From contig NW_024704742.1 of NCBI RefSeq assembly GCF_018977255.1, positions 20,276,001 through 20,340,000 on the forward strand: a stretch of 64,000 nt of DNA, in the 5' to 3' direction. This stretch comes from Callorhinchus milii. Lineage: Eukaryota. This document shows positions 56,850 to 64,000 of this stretch, one piece after another; position 1 is the stretch's first letter, and every line of letters begins with the position of its first letter. The notes beneath the pieces were generated by a model. It was not told where the DNA came from and ran no database searches. It saw only the letters and a program-made list of their open reading frames with translations. The position numbers were made by a program, and so were the translations under genes.

Positions 56850-57802
56850 GATATGGCAAATTTACTCACTGTATTGCCCCTATAAATTTTTAGCTTACTG
56901 AGAAATAAATGGCAAATGTGGTTGCATGAATGGACACTGAACTTGATGTTTCTGAGAATTGTTATATTTGCTGGATTTGCAAAGAATATGCCTAAACTAC
57001 CAATGATTGTTAATAAAAGAGAGGCATCTGAATGTGAGATTACAGAGAGGTATCTGTGTGATATTACAGAGAGATATCTGTGAGTGATAAGAAAATGTGT
57101 GGCTCCTGAAATAGAAGGAATAAACTCATGAGATAACAATGTTCTGAAAGGGTTTTCTTTCAAATTTAAGCTTAAATTCTTTCCACGCACAGCTCCTAAA
57201 ATCCCCACTCCTTGTATTGCTAATAAAATATATTCTGGAGCATTACCACTTCCATGTATAAATATAAATCAACAAGAGAAGTTTAGTATTAATCCCAGCA
57301 TTAATTCATTCCATTCTAAACCTGCAGTGAACGCACTGAACTACTTTTAATTCCTTACAGCAAAAAAAGCCCTTGGTTACAAATAATCGCCTTAAGAGAG
57401 CCCAGTATGTTCAAGAAGCAGAACAGACTGGATCCTGTCTATCATAGATTGTAAACCAGCACGTGCGCTGTTCTTGTATATTCCAGTCATGAATTTATCA
57501 GATTAAAACTAAATAACAGAATGCCGGCCACAGCAAACCTGACATTACAGTAAAACAGTTACCAGATGGGTTAACCAATATTTTCATAGCAAAGCTGAAT
57601 GTAATGTTACATTCCCTTGCTCTTGGTTATACATAATCTTTATCTCATGACCCCCCAAAATTAAAACGTGTTTTCCCTTTGTCTATAAGTAGGTAAACTG
57701 GCGAGGTTAGATTCAAAGATGTCTAATCCTTTGTGAAGACTGTTCTAATGATTTGTTCAAACATGAGACATACATACCACCTGAGGCATCACTATCAAAA
57801 TA

Positions 57803-58394
57803 CAGTGGAAGCCGGTTAAGCAGGATACATCAGGGGCGGACTTTTTTTGTCCGGTTTAAGCATCGTCCGAGGTTAACCAAAATACCATTACTTCTTCCCA
57901 CCCAGCAGAGGAGCTCCTCCCTCACACTGCCATTCCCATTGGACGGAAGGGGCCCATTAGCGGTGGCCAGAGGTGATTGACAGCCTTGGAGCTGCTTGTA
58001 AATGGACAGGCTCCAGCAATTCACGAGCGGCTCCAGCTGTCAATCAGTCGAGATTTGACTCCTCCCATTCCCTCCCTCGTTTCTTCCCCATTTCTCCGCA
58101 CCCCCCACTCACTGATCGACAGCCCAAAGCCGCTTGTGAATGGCTGGAGTCCACTCTCATTCAATCGTAATTTGACTCCTCACATCTCCATCCTGGAGCT
58201 AGTCATGGCTGAATGGAGCCACTTGAGACCCAGAAGGCCGAGTGAGTACATTCAACGGTGACTAGCGTGGCATTTTGTTTGGATTAACCTGATCATTGCA
58301 CAAATTAACCGGCATATTTAAAACAGGTAAGAATTCAAATGAATCGGGGCCTGGGGTTTTGTCCAATTTACTTGAGGTTAACCGGCTTCCACTG
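57803..58394. mobile_element. Non-autonomous Tc1/mariner-superfamily (pogo/Tigger-like) MITE, 592 bp
   Basis: Perfect 17-bp TIRs CAGTGGAAGCCGGTTAA (57803-57819) and TTAACCGGCTTCCACTG (58378-58394), flanked by TA on both sides. Confidence 0.88.
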
Positions 58395-59799
58395 TAGTTG
58401 GAATGTATGTGTTCAGTGACATTAGGTTTATTTGCAACAGATGTGTAACTCGAACAGAAACATCTCTTCCAACCAGACTAGTACCTGTAAGTCTGTCAGA
58501 TCAAATTTGGAGAAGGGTTAACAGAAAGAATTATTTAGGCAATTACAAAAAAGGTAGCTCATCCCAACATGTAAAAATCTAACACCACAAAAACAATATA
58601 CGACTCGTGTCAGGAGTCAATAGCAAAGCATCGAAAATAAAATGTAAGATTGCAACAAAAGCTTTGGCATCTTACCTGGATACATTTTTTTTTAGCTGCT
58701 GACCAAGTTTCTGCAAAAGTGTACACAAAAACCTGAAAAATACATCCCTGCCCTAAATTTAGAATTTCCAATACAAAATGATTGAAGTGGATGATGGCAT
58801 GTGAAGTGCAGCTGAACAGATGCTCAGAAAATCCTACTACGTAAACTACTTACGTAGAAGGATTGGGTCCTGTCCTTATGCAGGAGCTATAAAAAGGACA
58901 CTGCTTGGCTGAAATGAACAACCCTGACTTTGACTTTGACCTTGCCCACAATAGGAAGAGCAGGGAGTACAGCACTTTAAACGATGAGCATGGAAAATGA
59001 ATGATGGAAAAGGAACGATGGCAAGCTAGAGTAAATAGTACCGACTTATTTAAGAGGTCAGAAGAATAAAATACATCAAAGCAACGACCTGTCATGTTAC
59101 AACTTACAGAAATTATTGCTGAAATGAACTCAGCAATTTATTTACACCATTGACTTCTTGCCTAACCTGCATTTATCAGCAATCTCTGAATGACAAAGGT
59201 GTACTTGCATACTGAATGTTACACCGTGGTTTAGAATGTATAATATTATAGTTTCGCAACCACACAGTCTGCATTTGGTCCTGTTATCCACAAGCTGTGG
59301 AGTACATAAATTAAAGCTATGTTCGCAATAGCTCTTCAAAATGCATTCTGCCAGAAAGCTCCTACTCATGTGTAACTTCTTAACTGGAATGAACAGGGAC
59401 ATGGTTGGAATACAGATATACAGATAAAGGCCATACACAATACACTACCATGAAACCAAGTACTGAAAGCTGGAGGTGACCGAAACTAACAGTGTATTTT
59501 ATTTTTTGCAAGTCTTAAACTGTCCAATCTGATGACTGATGTGTCTGATTAATCTAATCCATATCTGAAGTAAGAATAAGGAACTCTCTCTACTGTTCAG
59601 AAACTGAACAATGCAATATTCTGGAATAAATTCCCAGGGTTTTCAGATGAGTTTTGTTGTAATTTGACCCCAATAATTTACAGAGCGGGAAAAGCAGAGA
59701 AAAAATAGTGAATTGCATTCATACAAATAACACACAATAGAACTTGTAGTTTCACTTTCCTGCACGTTGCCAACTTCTATCATGTAGTGTTAATTACCA

Positions 59800-60230
59800 A
59801 CCTGTCTTAGTCGGTAGCAGTCTCACCTGCGTGAGAAGGAAGTGAGTTCAAGCCTCATGTCAGGACTTTGAGCTCATAGTTCAGGTTTAGCCCCACTGCA
59901 GCGCTGGAGGATACCTACATTGTCACAGGTGCCAGTCTTTGGATGAGAAGGGACCAAAAAAAACAACTGAGGATCGATCTGCTTGTTTAGCTGGATGTGA
60001 AGATTCCATGGGACTGTTCAAAATGAGAAGGGAGTTTTTCCCGATGCCTAGCCAACAATCCCCCAGATAAAATTGGTTATTCACTTCATGTGTGGGGCAT
60101 CACTGTGTGCAAATTAGCTGCCTTGTTCGCCTACAAATAGTCACTACACTTTTTCCGTAAATCCTTTGAAGTACTTTGCAACATTTCATCGATATGATAG
60201 GGTGTTATATCAAATCAAAGGCTTGTTGAG
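59800..60230 (+). mobile_element. Old full-length Deu-domain (SacSINE1-like) SINE
   Basis: tRNA-like head (tcttagtcggtagcagtctcacc..gagttcaagcc), Deu block (ggtgccagtctttggatgag..ctggatgtgaagattccatggg), L2-type tail. Confidence 0.75.
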
Positions 60231-61149
60231 TATCCTCTATTCATTTCCTTTTGTCTTTTTTTTCTGCCTCATCACTTCTTCTTGTTTCTCTCCCCTCCAC
60301 TGCTTTTCTCTGCTCAGAGACCACTGATTTAGATGTCAGTAAGAGAGTTGAAATGCTACGAAAGGACCAGGGAAAGAAGATAATAAAACAATAGCAGGGA
60401 GAAAAATATAGGAAAGGAAAGTGGTTAAAAAACAAGAGAACAATAGTAGATTACAAACCACTGAAATCAGTGTTTGTGTAAAAGTGAACTACTTCAAAAA
60501 AGTCACTCATTTGTGGATTGGACGAGAATTCAAAAGGAAAGATGAACAGAGACAATTGTGGAAGTTAGTTGCTTCTGTGCATGAACGCTAAGAATGAAGT
60601 CTGTGCTACTCATTAGCTGATACAAGAAACTGGTGAATCCTCTTCCAGTGTTTCCTTCCACCCAAAACCACTGCTGGATTCATATCTCATCTACATATAG
60701 TACTAAAATAATCCTTGGATGTTCCAAAAAGTCCCACAGGACACATTGTAAAATAAGCAAACTATTGCAGTTTTTCTATGTTAAAGGAATTATTTTACTG
60801 CTAAAAGCAAACTGAAAGGATCATTATTTTGGCACTAAATTGATGACCTTATTACATTGTATTGATAGTATGCTGTAGCAAATGATGAACAGATTTTCCC
60901 CATTGACAATTGAACTGTTGAGAATATAAGAAACAAAAACACAGAATGAGAAAAGGGTGTCTGTCTCATTAGTTCCACAAGCTGCATGCAATTTATTAAA
61001 GCATTTGTATGCAGTTTATACTGCACATATTGTGGCAAAATCACTCAGTTTTTTTTTGCAATCAATTGCTGTCAAATATGAACAGAACCTGAGGCAATGT
61101 GAATTACATTGTAAGCATGCTCCAAAAAACAGGAGAATAAATAATACAT

Positions 61150-62260
61150 CCTGGCTTGATTTCGCTAATGCTTTGCTTGCCAGTCTATCCAACTCTTTCC
61201 TGCACAGGCTCCAGAATATCCAGATCTCTGCAGTCCGTTTTCTCTCCTGTACTAAGTTCAGTGATCCTATCACTGATGCTTCAGCTATATAGAGCATTAG
61301 TCAGACCCCATCTGGAGTAGTGCGTTCAGTTTTAGGCATCATACCTCAGGAAAGATATATTGGCCCTGGAGGGGATCCAGCTCAGGTTCACCAGAATGTT
61401 AGCAGGCCTAAAAGGGTTAAGTTACGAGGAAAGGCTGCATAAACTTGGATTGTATTCCATTCAGTTTAGAAGGTTGAGAGGTGATTTGATTGAGGTATTT
61501 AAAATGATAAAGTGATCTGATAGGGGAGATACAGAGAAGCTATTTCCTCTGGTGGGGGAATCCAAAACAAGGGGGAAATAGTCTTAAAATTAGAACCAGG
61601 CCATTTAAGAGTGAAACCAGCAGCATTTTTTTCACTCAAAGGGTGATAGAAATGTGGAATTCTCTCCCCCAAAAGGCTGTGGATGCTGGATCCATCCACA
61701 TCTTCAAGAGTGAGGTTGATAGATTTTTAGTAGGTCAGGGTATTAAGGGATATGGGGAAAAAGCGGGAAATTGGAATTGAAAGGATTAGTTGAGGTACAG
61801 ATCAGCCATGATCTAATTAAATGGCAGAACAGGATCAAAGGGCTGAACGGCCTACTCCTGTTCCCATGTTCCTATCATCCCCCCCTTGCTCGGCTCCATT
61901 GGCTCCACATCCCCAAATTCATCAAGTTCAAGATCTTCATTCTTGTATTTAAATCTCTCTATGGTTTCGCCCCACTCTACCTGCAAAACCTCATTCACCC
62001 TCACCAACTCGGCCAATCCCTTCACTCGGTCAACACGAGCTTACTCAACGTCCCCTGCTGTATCTGACCTACTATTGGAGGGCTTTCAGCCATTTGGCAC
62101 CCATTCCAATGTCCCTTCGATTTGCTTCCTCCCTCCCCTCTTTTAAGGTGTGCATCAAAACACATCCCCTTGATCTCCATTGCTCATTCAGAATTATAAA
62201 GCACTTTGGGATGTCCTTCTTACATGAACAATGCTATATAAGCGTAAATTGTATTGTATA
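61150..62260 (+). mobile_element. L2 fragment interrupted by a CR1 3' fragment (~61290-61872)
   Basis: L2 LDFANALL..HRLQNIQ before and LARLHWLHIPKFIKFKI after. The inner CR1 has PHLE*CVQF and ends gggctgaacggcctactcctgttcccatgttcctat. Confidence 0.85.
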
Positions 62261-62454
62261 AATATGACTACTGTTTATCATACAGGGCTCTCTCCTTCTA
62301 CTGATCACTGAGTGTGACTTTTTAAAGAATGTTATTGGAGAGATTGTTACTCAATTAGCTTTTTAATCAGTTTGATAAAACAGACACCCGATTGTGGTGT
62401 TCTGCACAAGTGCTTAAATTGAATGTTTGGGATATTTCTATTGTAAACAATGTA

Positions 62455-63016
62455 CGCCAGCCTGGCTCAGTTGGTAGCACTCTCACCACTGAAAGTGCGC
62501 ATTCCATTTCAATAATCTAACTCTGGAATTTCCAGGTGTCGGTGGGATGCATGGAAATCTCAGTTTGGTTTTCCTTCATCTTTAGCATGGTGATGGGTTT
62601 CTGTCTGTATCAGGCACCTGCCTGATCAAAAAACCAAGAGTTAGATGGTTGTGGGTTCAAGCTTCATAGAGTCTATTCTGACGCTCCAATGCCTTGCTGG
62701 GAGTGTTCTGCATTGGCGGAGGTGCCACCCTTTGGATGAGCTTTAAAAACAAGGTCTCATCTCTCTGTTCAGATGGACGTTAAAAATCCCATGGCACTCT
62801 TCAAAAAGAGAAGGGAGTTTGTGCTGGTATCATGGCTAACAGCAATCATTTGCTTCATGGCTATTTGTGCGACAATGTGGTACATAATATGGCTGCTGCG
62901 ATCATGCATGAAGTACAGCCATTACAATTCATTTTTATCCTGTGAAGGAAGCTCTTTTAAACATCCTCCTGATGTGGGAGGCTCTATATCAAATGTAAGG
63001 ATTATTATTATTATTG
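62455..63016 (+). mobile_element. Old Deu-domain SINE with an insertion after the A box
   Basis: tggctcagttggtagcactctc head; ggaggtgccaccctttggatgag..cagatggacgttaaaaatcccatggcact Deu block; (att)n tail. Confidence 0.72.
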
Positions 63017-63399
63017 TAATGTGGAGTGAGACATATGAATCAGGTTTCTCAATCCATTTCAACATAGTATTAATCTTCCAATGAAACGGTCTTCAGCCTT
63101 ACTCACAGCCCCCACTCTAAGATAATATTAAATCCCACTTTAGACATTTTAAACAACTTGCCTCTCTTAGCATGATATTCTGACAGCTCAGAATCTATCA
63201 CATTCAACATGACATTTCCATTAACTTACACCTTCCTTCAGATTCCACACCCTGAGTGCATCATAACTTTAATTCCACTTTCAATTCATGAGTTGAATCA
63301 CTAAATCTTAATCTCATTCTTGCTCTTTGATGGGCTTCAATGGTAGATCAGATACAGCAGGGGATGTTGAGTAAGCTAGTGTCGACCAAGTGAAGGGAA

Positions 63400-63700
63400 T
63401 GGCCAAGTTGGTTTAACTAGTTGAAGACACAGTTTCTTCCTGTTTCTTGTAACTTCAATCAACAGCTACCACCTCTTACGTTCGATGGTTCTACTCTTAG
63501 GTCTTTAGCTAATACATTCTTGGGATCACTATCTTTCCTTAAACTTCAAATGAATGATCGCATCTCTTATATTACAAGAGCTGCCACTTCAAATGTAGCT
63601 TTCTCCTTTCATGCCAACTACTTATTTTTTCCTCTGTTACTTTAAACTCTACAATGCCTATTTCCCAGATGTAAATGCTGCTCTCTGTATCTTAGGAGAG
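63400..63700 (+). mobile_element. Ancient LINE RT C-terminal remnant (clade uncertain)
   Basis: Frameshifted ..KTQFL..FLG..LQMNDRISYITRAA..LYNAY pattern resembling the non-LTR post-RT region. Confidence 0.4.
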
Positions 63701-64000
63701 ACTTCTCACACCTTTCTTATATTCCTGTATCAGATACAGGACACAAACACTTCTAAGGTAGATGTAGAGAGAGGGCAGAAACATGATATGGAGGATACAT
63801 ACTGTCACATTCCTTCTGCAATCTATAGACTTTGAATTTCAATGTTGGTACTACCTCATGTCTATTTAACTTAATGAGTTTTCTTTCCTAATCTTTCCGA
63901 CCCCGGTGTTGTGCTACACCTTTCACCTAATTTTCACATCCTAAAAAAAACCCTGAAAGAGGGTTGATTTGATTCTAACATAAATAAAAAATATTGTTCT

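Overview
Eukaryotic, intron-dominated vertebrate DNA. The repeat content (Deu-domain/SacSINE1-like SINEs, L2, shark-type CR1, Penelope-like elements) points to a cartilaginous fish, possibly a chimaera; this is inference. The window holds the middle of FSTL5 (follistatin-like 5) on the minus strand. I assembled nine phase-compatible coding exons by hand: 49798-49964, 39009-39129, 31652-31813, 29683-29817, 14207-14233, 13654-13772, 9530-9679, 2879-2986 and 262-386. They encode the two Ig domains and part of the C-terminal beta-propeller region; both ends of the gene lie outside the window. Most other ORFs in the track are chance ORFs or transposon remnants. Notable observations: (1) an 11-unit ~41-bp array built from the exon 2879-2986 acceptor junction, where every unit keeps a YAG and the adjacent unit appears to supply the branch point of the real acceptor; (2) a GC-AG intron; (3) a 27-nt microexon with UGC motifs; (4) a young 90-bp inverted duplication beside an acceptor; (5) a Penelope-type hairpin element with a 15-bp TSD whose centre was overwritten by a copy of flanking DNA; (6) a Tigger/pogo-like MITE with perfect TIRs; (7) modular SINE variants sharing an L2 tail. 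Family names and human comparisons come from recall, not database searches.
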